A stretch of DNA of 64,000 nucleotides from Thecamonas trahens ATCC 50062 (lineage: Eukaryota; Protista; Apusomonadida). Positions 21,389 to 31,014 of the stretch are shown one piece after another. Where the stretch lies: positions 77,053 through 141,052 of the forward strand of contig NW_013657672.1 of NCBI RefSeq assembly GCF_000142905.1, read 5' to 3'. The position numbers were made by a program, and so were the translations under genes. Within the stretch, counting starts at the first letter, position 1. Each line of letters begins with the position of its first letter. The notes beneath the pieces were generated by a model. That model did no database searches and had not been told where the DNA came from. It worked only from the letters and a program-made list of their open reading frames with translations.

Positions 21389-21596
21389 CCTAAATGCACT
21401 CCACGGCAACGTTGGCCGAGCTGCGGTAAGGCACTGCCGTGATCGGGCTGCCGAACTGGTCGATGGCCTTTACTCTCCGCGAGCCTGCCCCGCACTGACC
21501 CAACCGTGCTCCGTGATGCTCAGCTCAAAACGGCGACAGCTCCTGACGCTCACTCACCCCACTCAACAGACACCCCCCCCACCCCACAAACTCTCC

Positions 21597-23972
21597 ATGA
21601 GCGGCACTATGCGGTCTGTGTGCGTACTGACGTCCGGCGGTGACTCGCAGGGAATGAACGCGGCACTGCGCGGAGTGGCCCGGGCGAGCCTGTCGGCAGG
21701 CGTCAAGGTCTTTGCGGTGTGGGACGGATACAAGGGACTGGTGGAGGGAGTCATGAGCGAGTTGTCGTGGTTGGACTGCTCCAACATGGTGGCTGCTGGT
21801 GGAACAAAGTACGGGACGGCACGATGTGCTCAATTTCGGACGGAAGAAGGCCGCCGCGCCGCTGTCGTCAATCTGGTCAAGGCCAATGCCGGCGCTCTGG
21901 TTGTCATCGGCGGCGATGGCTCGCTCACGGGCGCTTCCATCCTCGCTTCCGAGTGGGACGATCATGTGCAAAAGGCGGTGGCAAACGGCGAGCTGCCTCA
22001 GGACTTCGCTGCCGCTGCAGAGCTGCATGTCGTCGGCCTCGTTGGCTCGATCGACAACGACATGTTCGGCACTCACTTTACCATCGGCTGCGTCTCGGCC
22101 CTCCATCGCATCGTGGAGGCCGTCGACGCCATCCGCGCCACCGCGGCCTCGCACTCGCGGACCTTTGTCGTCGAAGTCATGGGCCGCAACTGCGGCTGGC
22201 TGGCGCTCATGGCCGGTCTCGCCACCCAGGCCGACTTTGTCTTTATCCCCGAGTCGCCGCCCTCGCCCTGCACCTCTACCTCGGTTCCCACGGTCTCGAC
22301 CACCACCGGCGAGCTGCTCGAGTCGTGGGCCGCAACGCTAGTGGCCAAGCTGGCTCGTGTCGAAGGCAAGCGCTGGTCGGTCGTCATTGTCTCCGAGGGC
22401 GCTCACGACTGCAAGATGGAGCCCATCACTGCCGCCCGCATCAAGGAGGTCATCGAGGCCGAGCTCGGCCACGACACCCGCATCACCAAGCTAGGCCACG
22501 TTCAGCGCGGCGGTAAGCCGGCGGCCTTTGACCGATACATGTCGACCAACCTCGGCATTGCCGCCTTTGACGCCCTGGCAGGCTACGCCGCCGCCGGCCC
22601 GCCCGCGCCCGAGCCCGTCTACTTTGGCTGCTCAGACGCCTCGGTCTACCCGGTCGCCCTCCATCCAGCCGTCGCCGCCACCCGCAACGTCCACGACCTC
22701 GTTGCCGCCGGCAAGTACGACGACGCCATGGTTGCTCGCGGCGCCGAGTACCCACAGCTCTTCCGCATGCTCCGTACCCTCCTCCGCTCCGACCCGCACG
22801 ACCGCTCCGCCCACGCCCTGCCTGACTACCGGGTCGCCATCATGCACGTCGGCGCACCGGCGCCCGGCATGAACGCCGCCGTTGCCACCCTGACTCGCAT
22901 CTTCCTCGACGCCGGTGTCTCCGACGTCGTCGGCATCCACAATGGCTTCGAGGGCCTTGCCAAGGGCAAGACCTGCCCGCTCACTTGGGCCCACGTCCGA
23001 GAGTGGGTTCCCGAGGGCGGCGCCAAGCTCGGCACCACCCGCACTCTGCCCGCCGACCTTGCGCCCGCCGGCACCCCGCCGGACAAGGCTCTCGAGTGGC
23101 TTATCCCGCACCTCTCGGCCTTTAACGCCCTTGTCATCATCGGCGGTTTCGAGGCTGCGTCGATCCTCGTCGACCTCGCTGATGCCGCGCCGCGCCTCTG
23201 GCCGCACCTCTCCGGCATGCTCATTCCGGCCACCATCTCCAACAACGTGCCATGCACCCAGTACTCAATCGGCACAGACACTGCGCTGAACGCCATCGTC
23301 GAGGCCTGTGACCGCGTCAAGCAGTCGGCCTACTCTTCAGCCCACAGGGTTTTTGTCGTCGAAGTTATGGGCGCCCGCTGCGGCTTCCTCGCCACCATGG
23401 CCGGCCTCGCCGCAGGTGCTGAAAAGGTCTACACCCACGAGCGTGGTATCTCCGCCGCCGCCATCCTCGCCGACGTCAAGGACTTTTGCGCCCGCTTCAC
23501 TGCCTCAACCGAGTCCAACACCCCACGCTCTGCTCTCGTCATCACCGCCAACGCTGCATCGGAAACGTACACCACCCCGATGATGTGCGCGCTGTACGAG
23601 GCCGAGAGTGACGGCATTTTCTCCGTCCGCGCCTCCGTCCTCGGCTACCTGCAGCAAGGCGGCTCGCCGACTCCGCTCGACCGCATCCGCGGCATCGAGC
23701 TGGCTGCGGCCTCGGCCGCCCGCATCCTCGAGCTCCGCGACTCCACCGACACTGCCTTTCTGGTCTGCGGTACCTCCGAGTCTGCCGTCATCTTTTCCGA
23801 CATGTCCTCCCTCGACGGCTCCATGGATCGCGCAAACCGGCGTCCGCGTTGCCAGTGGTGGGACGATCTCGCCACCCGCAACATCTCCATCACCTCAGCC
23901 GAGACCGAGCCGCACCCCGACTTTGCCCCCGGCTTTGCCCCCGTCACCAGCGCTGGGCCGTCCGCCCCTTGA
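21597..23972 (+). CDS. PFK: ATP-dependent 6-phosphofructokinase, eukaryotic double-length type (791 aa)
   Basis: N-half motifs LTSGGDSQGMNAA, IGGDGS, GSIDND, EVMGRNCGWLA, LGHVQRGG. C-half motifs VGAPAPGMNAA, IGGFEA, PATISNNVP, LGYLQQGG. Confidence 0.97.
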   Translation: MSGTMRSVCVLTSGGDSQGMNAALRGVARASLSAGVKVFAVWDGYKGLVEGVMSELSWLDCSNMVAAGGTKYGTARCAQFRTEEGRRAAVVNLVKANAGALVVIGGDGSLTGASILASEWDDHVQKAVANGELPQDFAAAAELHVVGLVGSIDNDMFGTHFTIGCVSALHRIVEAVDAIRATAASHSRTFVVEVMGRNCGWLALMAGLATQADFVFIPESPPSPCTSTSVPTVSTTTGELLESWAATLVAKLARVEGKRWSVVIVSEGAHDCKMEPITAARIKEVIEAELGHDTRITKLGHVQRGGKPAAFDRYMSTNLGIAAFDALAGYAAAGPPAPEPVYFGCSDASVYPVALHPAVAATRNVHDLVAAGKYDDAMVARGAEYPQLFRMLRTLLRSDPHDRSAHALPDYRVAIMHVGAPAPGMNAAVATLTRIFLDAGVSDVVGIHNGFEGLAKGKTCPLTWAHVREWVPEGGAKLGTTRTLPADLAPAGTPPDKALEWLIPHLSAFNALVIIGGFEAASILVDLADAAPRLWPHLSGMLIPATISNNVPCTQYSIGTDTALNAIVEACDRVKQSAYSSAHRVFVVEVMGARCGFLATMAGLAAGAEKVYTHERGISAAAILADVKDFCARFTASTESNTPRSALVITANAASETYTTPMMCALYEAESDGIFSVRASVLGYLQQGGSPTPLDRIRGIELAAASAARILELRDSTDTAFLVCGTSESAVIFSDMSSLDGSMDRANRRPRCQWWDDLATRNISITSAETEPHPDFAPGFAPVTSAGPSAP

Positions 23973-24386
23973 TGGCGCGAGTAGAGCACAGTAACATCCA
24001 CACCACGGATTCCCATCTGTTCGATCCCTGCGTCAACTTCCTGACCCGGAACCTTCCGATCACATCGCGCTGCAGTCAGCAGGGGCGGGGGGGCGGGGGG
24101 GGGGGGGGGCAGCTGTGGTGCAACTATCAAGTTATTCCCACAAAGGGCTTGTCCACAAAAATTTCAAACTTTTGCGCGCCGCGGGCAAACGCCAACCATT
24201 CCGCCCGCTCAACGCGCCCAGAGCCACCACACGCACCTTGCCGACAAGCCGACGACGACATACACCACCTGTCCCCCCCTCCCCTCCCCCCCCCCGCCAT
24301 CCCTCCCCCACTTATCCCTCTCCACCCACACCCTACTCCGCTTGTACCACCTTCCTTCCACCTGGTCATTCTCCTCGTATCGAGCC

Positions 24387-27300
24387 ATGAGTGCTGACGC
24401 TGTCCTCCGGGGCTTGGCTGGTGACACCAAGGCCAGACTGGCGGCACTTGGCCAAGCGCAAAGTTTGTCGCCTAGCGATTGGGAGGAGAGCGCAGAGAGC
24501 ATGGCGTACTATCTGGAAACGACGATCGGCGATGCCAATCCCAAGGTGGCGAGTCTGTCTGCTAATGTGGTCCTTCTCTTTCTCGCTGCCCTCCCTCCTC
24601 TTGCCGCCGAGGCTTATGCCTCTGGCCTGCTACCTCCGCTTACTGCTCGTCTGGGTGATGGCAAGGAGTCGGTTCGCCAGGCTGCACTGGATGCTCTGCT
24701 CGGCATGGTGGCGTACAAGAGCCCTCGGCTGGTCTTCACGGCCGTCATCGATGCCATCAAGGCGAACACCCGCTCGTGGCATGTTCGTGAAGAGGGCATG
24801 CGGCTGCTAGTTCTTGTCGTTGCCGCCCATGGCCCCGCCGCTGTCGACTTTGCCGCCGCCTTTCCTGTCGTCCTCGAAAACTGCGCCCACTCGCACCCGG
24901 CCGTCCGCGAGATGGCTGCCCTTGCGCTGGAGACCTTGTACCGGTACTGGGGCAACTCGCTCCTGACCCAGTTGGCGGACACGGGCCTTATCGGCAGCTC
25001 GATTAAGTCCTCGCTCACCGAGCGCCTGGCATCCGTTGAGCTTCACCCGGACGCATCGCTCCACCAGTCGGCGGCACCAAACACGCCCATGCGCGATGCA
25101 CGGTCGCAGCGCAAGTCGTCGGGCGGCTTCACGCCCTCGCTCTCGCGCTCGCTGCGGACCAAGCGGAAGCGCCGGTCGTCGGCCTCGCGCAAGCCGGGGT
25201 GTTCCGAGTCCTCGTCGCGTCCAGGCTCGTCGAGCTCGGCGACCTCACCGCGTGCGGCCTCAGATCGCGCGCTCTCGGCTTCGACGTCGCCGGCCTCAGT
25301 CTCATCCGAGACCTCAGAGTCTGCCGCGCCGGTCCGTGTCGGCTCGGACCGCGAGCTTGCCTCGATATTTGACGCCATCCGCACCCCGCTGCTTGATGCC
25401 AAGACTGCGGCGTGGACCGATCGCGTTGCAGCGCTCGTCAAGCTTCAGGGCCTGGTCGTTGGCGGCGCGGCACAGTATCCGAGCTTCCACTCGGGCCTGG
25501 CCTCGCTCCGGGCGCCGCTCACCGAGCAGCTCTCTGACCTTAGGTCTAAGGTGACCAAGGCGGCGTGCACCACACTTGTTTGCCTTGCCGAGTCGCTCGG
25601 CTCAGGCTTTGAGTCGCACGCCGACCACTTTGTGCCTGCCCTCTTCAAGCTCCTTCCCTCCTCCAAGGCGGCCATCTCCGAGCCTGCCGACCATGCCATT
25701 CGGGCCATTATCCGCGCTTCGACGCTCTCGGCCGCCATCGGCCGCATCCTCGCTGCGGTCACCGGCAAGTCCACTGTGCTCCGTAAGTACTGTGCTGCGT
25801 ACATGGTCCTTCTTCTTCAGACATACTCGACCGACGAGCTTCGCTCTCGCGGCGACGCTCTCTGTTCCGCCATCCGCGCAGCCATTGCCGACGCTCTACC
25901 CGAGGTCCGTGCTGCCGGTCGCCAGGCCTACTGGGCATTTGAAGCTCATTTTCCGTCGCCAGCTGGCCGTCTTCTTGCCTCTCTTGACAGCGCCACTCAA
26001 GGACGCATCGCTGATGCCAAGGGCGACACCACGGCGCTGCGTCCCTCAGCATCGTCGCGGCCAGCATCGACTCCCGGCCGCGCCCGGCCGCGCCCGGGCG
26101 TTACCTCGTCCGGCCGCACGGGTGCCGCTTCGTCGTCATCTCGTGCTGTTGCTGACAGCGACGGACCGCCGCCGCGTCCGACCTCAAAGTCGCGCCGCCG
26201 CCGTCGATCCATGGGAGTCTTTGCGCATCCGCCGCCGTCCTCGACTGCAGCATCCGATCGAGGCGAGGCAGAGTTGGTCACCGCTCCAGGTCCTGCTACG
26301 GCAGCTCCTGTGCCTCAACCCTCTGCCTCGCGGCCTCACCGGGCGTCGAGCTCGTTCCCGGCCGCCGACACTCCGGTGCTCTCGTATGAGGAGCTTGCGG
26401 CGCGTCTCAAGTCCAACAGCCGATCGTCCAAGGCGGCGTCGTCATTGCGGAGCAAGCGGTCGATGAGCTCGTCGACACGGGCTGCGCAGGCTGCGCTTGA
26501 CGCAGCTGCGTCCATCGAGGACCAGCTGGCTCAGGTCCGCTCGCGCTCGTCGCGCCGTTCGGCCACGGCCAGTGGCCCGCTCCTCTCACACGCAGCAGCA
26601 TCTGCTGCTGCACTCCCGCCACGCCACCAGCCGCCGACCGAACCTTCGCAAGCCGAAGTCGGCACCAGCGCGGGTCCGCCGCGCTCGAGCCAGCGGCGGC
26701 AAAAGTCGAAACGTCGCGACTCGTACGATCCGGCCGCTTACGCGGCGACGCCGCAAAAAAAGGAGCCGGCCGAGACAAAGGCGGCAGCTGTGGAACGTGC
26801 TCCATCTCAGCCGCAGCCACAGCCTCAGGCGCAGCCGCAGTCGCGGTCGCGGTCGCGGTCGCGGTCGCGGTCTTCGCTCAAGTCGGTCAAGTCACGCCGG
26901 GCATCGCTTGCCCGCGGCCTCGGCCCCAGCGGCAAGGAAAATGCTGCTCATCACGCCAACAGTCAGGCCCAGGCTCAGGCTGCGGCGTTGCAGACTGCGG
27001 GTAAGAAGGAGAGCGGCGGATCGGAGAAGTCGCGACTGGGCGACATTCTCGGCCGGGCACAGGAGAACGAGTGGGCGGTCCGTGTCGATGCTTTCCGTGA
27101 GCTGCGGGCTTTCTTCTCGGACCACGCTTCATGGCTTCAGCGCTCGTCAGGCGGAGTCGGTTCGCGGTATGAGCGGATCATGCGAGTGTTTGTGGCCAAG
27201 CTCGACGATCCGCACCACCGAGTGGTCATGGCGGCCATGGCAGCGCTCGGCGCGCTGCTGGAGGCGCACGCCAAGCCGCTGGAGGGCTGGCTCGATCAGG

Positions 27301-28583
27301 TGATCCCGCTCCTGCTTAAGGCCAAGGCCTCGCCCAAGACCTCGCTGGTGGCAGGCGCGGCGTCGCTCATCGGCCTCATGCCGGGCGCGTTTGAGCTCAG
27401 CGTACTCGCCGAGGTCATGACTCGTGCGCTCGGCTCGCCGCTGCCTGTGGTACGGACCGAAGCCATCACCTGGTTTACGCTTCGGCTCCGCAACGCGCGC
27501 ACCGAGACGCTCAAGGTCTTGGCCGAGCACAGCCTGTGCGCGTCACTCATTGAGAAGCTCATGCCGTGCTGCACCGAGAAGACGCTCACCCTGCGCAAGA
27601 GTGCGCGGTCGCTGATGACTGCGGTGAGCGACGGGCTCGACTCGGCCTTTTCCACCGCGCTCGCCAGCCTCCCGCTAGTGCTGCAGTACCAGGTGAGCAC
27701 CGTGCTTGATGCAGGTGTTGCACCGGCAGTCTCGCCGGCCCACGTTGACATCTCGTCGGACCTGGACGACCTCGATCTCGACACGAGCTTGTCGGCCGAG
27801 CCCGAGACTGTGCCGCTGCCGCGGCAGCGGGCGCCCAGCAGAGGTGGGCTCGGCAGGCCTATCGTCGCGGCCATGGCCAACAAGCGGGCGGCACCCAGCC
27901 TCTCGGGTGTGCTCAAGGCTTTGATGCGTGATGTGCGCGAGGGAAACCATGCGAACGAGCTTGCGCAGCTGAGCAAGATGGTCGCCAACGGCAGTGTAAC
28001 CGACTCGTGCTTTGGACAGGTCTTCCTGGTCCTCTCGGACGTGTTGGGCAAGACGCAGTGCGCAGAGACCCGGCTTGGGGCTGTGGCCGCGCTCCACGCG
28101 CTCATCACCCACTGCACCCATGCGTTTGAGAACTACCTCAACGTGGGTGTGCAGGCGCTGCTGGAGGCGTATGTGACGGGGCCTGACAGCGGGGCGCACA
28201 ACGTGGCGGCCGGCGTGGTGAGCGCGCTGAACGATCTGCTTGCGGCGCTGCCAGTGGCGCGGTCGTTTGACGTCCTCACGCCGCTCGTCCTCACCTCGAC
28301 CAAGAGCTCTGTCCTCTGCCTGGCCATTCGACTGCTGTCGACGGCGGTGGCGCGGGCGGCACCCAAGGTGCTGTTCACCCAGCTGCGGGCCTTTCTGCCC
28401 GGCCTTCTCGACGCGTTCCAGAATCCGTCGACAGACGTGCGCAAGGCTGTGGTCTTTACACTTGTGGAAGCGTACATGGTGCTTGGTGAGTCACTGATGC
28501 CGTGCCTCTCGGAGCTCTCGTCGTCGCAGCTCAAGCTCGTCACCATCTACATCAACCGTCGGAAGGAGCAGAGTGTCCGCTGA
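24387..28583 (+). CDS. CLASP: CLASP (CLIP-associated, TOG/HEAT-repeat microtubule regulator)
   Basis: HEAT/TOG arrays, the CLASP_N motif QLSDLRSKVTKAAC, a Ser/Arg-rich linker, and C-terminal DVRKAVVFTLVEAYMVLG...LSSSQLKLVTIYINR. Confidence 0.92.
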   Translation: MSADAVLRGLAGDTKARLAALGQAQSLSPSDWEESAESMAYYLETTIGDANPKVASLSANVVLLFLAALPPLAAEAYASGLLPPLTARLGDGKESVRQAALDALLGMVAYKSPRLVFTAVIDAIKANTRSWHVREEGMRLLVLVVAAHGPAAVDFAAAFPVVLENCAHSHPAVREMAALALETLYRYWGNSLLTQLADTGLIGSSIKSSLTERLASVELHPDASLHQSAAPNTPMRDARSQRKSSGGFTPSLSRSLRTKRKRRSSASRKPGCSESSSRPGSSSSATSPRAASDRALSASTSPASVSSETSESAAPVRVGSDRELASIFDAIRTPLLDAKTAAWTDRVAALVKLQGLVVGGAAQYPSFHSGLASLRAPLTEQLSDLRSKVTKAACTTLVCLAESLGSGFESHADHFVPALFKLLPSSKAAISEPADHAIRAIIRASTLSAAIGRILAAVTGKSTVLRKYCAAYMVLLLQTYSTDELRSRGDALCSAIRAAIADALPEVRAAGRQAYWAFEAHFPSPAGRLLASLDSATQGRIADAKGDTTALRPSASSRPASTPGRARPRPGVTSSGRTGAASSSSRAVADSDGPPPRPTSKSRRRRRSMGVFAHPPPSSTAASDRGEAELVTAPGPATAAPVPQPSASRPHRASSSFPAADTPVLSYEELAARLKSNSRSSKAASSLRSKRSMSSSTRAAQAALDAAASIEDQLAQVRSRSSRRSATASGPLLSHAAASAAALPPRHQPPTEPSQAEVGTSAGPPRSSQRRQKSKRRDSYDPAAYAATPQKKEPAETKAAAVERAPSQPQPQPQAQPQSRSRSRSRSRSSLKSVKSRRASLARGLGPSGKENAAHHANSQAQAQAAALQTAGKKESGGSEKSRLGDILGRAQENEWAVRVDAFRELRAFFSDHASWLQRSSGGVGSRYERIMRVFVAKLDDPHHRVVMAAMAALGALLEAHAKPLEGWLDQVIPLLLKAKASPKTSLVAGAASLIGLMPGAFELSVLAEVMTRALGSPLPVVRTEAITWFTLRLRNARTETLKVLAEHSLCASLIEKLMPCCTEKTLTLRKSARSLMTAVSDGLDSAFSTALASLPLVLQYQVSTVLDAGVAPAVSPAHVDISSDLDDLDLDTSLSAEPETVPLPRQRAPSRGGLGRPIVAAMANKRAAPSLSGVLKALMRDVREGNHANELAQLSKMVANGSVTDSCFGQVFLVLSDVLGKTQCAETRLGAVAALHALITHCTHAFENYLNVGVQALLEAYVTGPDSGAHNVAAGVVSALNDLLAALPVARSFDVLTPLVLTSTKSSVLCLAIRLLSTAVARAAPKVLFTQLRAFLPGLLDAFQNPSTDVRKAVVFTLVEAYMVLGESLMPCLSELSSSQLKLVTIYINRRKEQSVR

Positions 28584-28635
28584 CATGCAGGAGGCGGCGA
28601 CAAATGAACAAGTCATGTATCCTGGTCGTGAGCGC

Positions 28636-30288
28636 TCATCCGTCTTGGAGACGGAGGACCGAGACGTCAAAGTTGTCGGGCGCGTGCTCGGCCACAAGCG
28701 TTGCAAGCGCCATCTTGTTGGCGCGGACGGAGCGGCCGGCAAGCTCGTAGAGCGAGCAGAGGTTGGCAATGAGGGTGGGGTTCATGTTGCGGGCCGGCGC
28801 GGCCTTAATGATGTTCTCGATAGACTTGAGCGCCTTGTCGAGATGCCCGGCGTAGAGCCAGCAAAGAGCGCGGTTGTTGGCGGCTGCGGCCTTGGCGCAC
28901 TCGGACCAGGGCGTGGCACCGCTGTCGTGGCTCTTTTCGACCTCGACGTATAGGTCGAGTGCGCGCTGATAGCAAAGCGCGCCAGCGGCGTACTGGCCCT
29001 GGGCAACAGCCACGTACCCGCGGTTGATGTGGGTGATAGGGACCGAGTCGGCCGGAGTGCCGGCGGCATCCAGCAGCTCTTCGGCCTTGGCAAAGACGCA
29101 GCCTGCGGCGGCGACGTGGCCGACGGTGAGGTACAGCCTGCCGAGGCCGGCAAGCACGCCGGGGTCTTCGCTGCGGAGCGGGTAGAGCTGGTCCTTGTAC
29201 AGAGCAATGGCGAGGAGGTGCTCGTCGCGGGCGACGTAGATCGAGATGAGCGAGACAATAACAAGCACCTCGCGCTCCTCCCATAGTTCGAGGCTGGCCT
29301 CGCACGGCGCGACGTTGTCGAGGAGGAGGTGCAGCATGTCGCCGGGCGGGGCGAGCAGGACAAGGTCAAGCGGGAGTTCTCTGTGCCCGCTCGCGGCAGC
29401 CGACTCGGCGCTGGACCCTGCGGATGCCTCGAGGCGTTCGCGCTTGGACCGGACGTACTCGAGCAGCGAGCAGTGGGCTGCGGCGGCGACCGAGGTCTCT
29501 GCGAGATGGAACGCGAGCTGGACGGCGATGAGGCGGACGACAAACGGGAGAAACGAGCCGGTCTCACCGTCTGTGTACTCGTCAGGGTATGACGAGTAGC
29601 GGAAGAGCGAGTCTGGGGCGGCCAGCAGCGGTGCGACTTCCGAGTCTGCGATGGTGAACATGCGGAGCTTGACCAAGGCGATGGCGCGCGCAGTCCGCAG
29701 CTCGACCATCTCATGGGGCTTGAGCTTGGCATTCTCGTCCATGAGTAGCAGTTGGGTGAGGACAACGACGTCGCCCCAAGCACCGGCTTCTGCCAGAATC
29801 TTGACAGAGGCGCGCTCAGGGGCGACCGAGGCCATCGAAGTCCGCTTTGTCCGCGCTGCCGATACGTGCTGGATGCCGAGCTGCCTGCTCAGCTCAGACA
29901 TAAGCGGGAGGGCGGTGATTGGCGGCGCGAGCGGGAGATCCGCCAGCGACGTCGGCGGCAGGTCACGACGTCCTGGCGCGCCCGCGCCCGCAGCATACCG
30001 TCCATGCGACTCTGACGCTTCCGTCGATCGCTCCGAGAGGATAAACTCGGACGAGTCTGCGGTCGATGCCCTCGGCGGGAACGAGAGCCGAGCCGCCTCC
30101 TTGGAGCGTGTGCGAACACGGACTCTCCGCCCGTCAGACCCGCCTCCACCTCCGTCTTGGTCCCCGCCCGTCCCCGACCTCCCTCTCGCCTTGCTCTTGC
30201 CCTTCTCCTTGTTCTTGGGCGACCGCAGCCGTGCCGCCAGCCGCTGCCGCATGCTCTCCTTGCCACCGCCACCACCGTCTGAGCTCAT
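28636..30288 (-). CDS. TRAPPC12: TRAPP complex subunit 12 (TPR protein)
   Basis: Motifs ALVKLRMF...YSSYPDEY...GSFLPFVVRLI, TPRs, and NNRALCWLY...NLCSLYEL...DNFDVSVLRL match TRAPPC12/TTC15. The upstream part of the track ORF is only repeat translation. Confidence 0.85.
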   Translation of the reverse strand: MSSDGGGGGKESMRQRLAARLRSPKNKEKGKSKARGRSGTGGDQDGGGGGSDGRRVRVRTRSKEAARLSFPPRASTADSSEFILSERSTEASESHGRYAAGAGAPGRRDLPPTSLADLPLAPPITALPLMSELSRQLGIQHVSAARTKRTSMASVAPERASVKILAEAGAWGDVVVLTQLLLMDENAKLKPHEMVELRTARAIALVKLRMFTIADSEVAPLLAAPDSLFRYSSYPDEYTDGETGSFLPFVVRLIAVQLAFHLAETSVAAAAHCSLLEYVRSKRERLEASAGSSAESAAASGHRELPLDLVLLAPPGDMLHLLLDNVAPCEASLELWEEREVLVIVSLISIYVARDEHLLAIALYKDQLYPLRSEDPGVLAGLGRLYLTVGHVAAAGCVFAKAEELLDAAGTPADSVPITHINRGYVAVAQGQYAAGALCYQRALDLYVEVEKSHDSGATPWSECAKAAAANNRALCWLYAGHLDKALKSIENIIKAAPARNMNPTLIANLCSLYELAGRSVRANKMALATLVAEHAPDNFDVSVLRLQDG

Positions 30289-30410
30289 GCTGTGAGTGGG
30301 GTGACGCGAGGTGAGGGTGTATGAGTGTGGTGTGTGTGTGGGGGGGGAGGGGTGTTGGTGAATCGTCGAAGGGGCTGTCACCTGCTGGAGCGGAGCCCAT
30401 TCGACCACGA

Positions 30411-30850
30411 GTGGCATGTGATGATGGGTGGCATGTGATGATGGGTGGCATGTGATGATGGGTGGCATGTGATGATGGGTGGCATGTGATGGGTGGCATG
30501 TGATGATGGGTGGCATGTGATGATGGGTGGCATGTGATGATGGGTGGCATGTGATGGGTGGCATGTGATGGGTGGCATGTGATGATGGGTGGCAGGTGGT
30601 GATGGGTGGCATGTGATGGGTGGCAGGTGGTGATGGGTGGCATGTGATGATGGGTGGCATGTGATGATGGGTGGCAGGTGATGATGGGTGGCAGGTGGTG
30701 ATGGGTGGTGGTGGGTGATGATGGGTGATGATGGGTGATGATGGGTGATGATGGGTGGTGGTGGGTGATGATGGGTGATGATGGGTGATGATGGGTGGTG
30801 ACGGGTGATGGATGACAGGTGATGGTTACTGGCAGGTGATGATGGGTGGT
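30411..30850. repeat. Minisatellite of 14-17-bp units (gtggcatgtgatgatgg), degenerating into (gggtgatgat)n
   Basis: About 440 bp of tandem array between the divergent TRAPPC12 and CEP120 starts. Confidence 0.95.
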
Positions 30851-31014
30851 CGCTTGGCCCAATGGTTGCTATCGTTCAAACCAATGATTATCGTTTGTGG
30901 GATGTGGTACCATTCTGGCGCGCGATCGTTTCCCGCCAAAACCCCCGCCACCACCAAGCCACACACCCCTCCCTTCCCCCCCCCCCCCTTGTGAAAGTAG
31001 CAGGGTCTCTGTAC

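Noticed and set aside
20985-21596. N-terminal extension of PFK, or a CSN7-PFK fusion, implied by ORF 20985..23972
   Set aside because: It overlaps CSN7 in another frame and has no recognisable content; PFK homology begins at ATG 21597.
30134-30862. His/Cys-rich ORFs (MPPIITCHPSSHATHH...) as a metal-binding protein
   Set aside because: They are translations of the minisatellite and appear in several frames.
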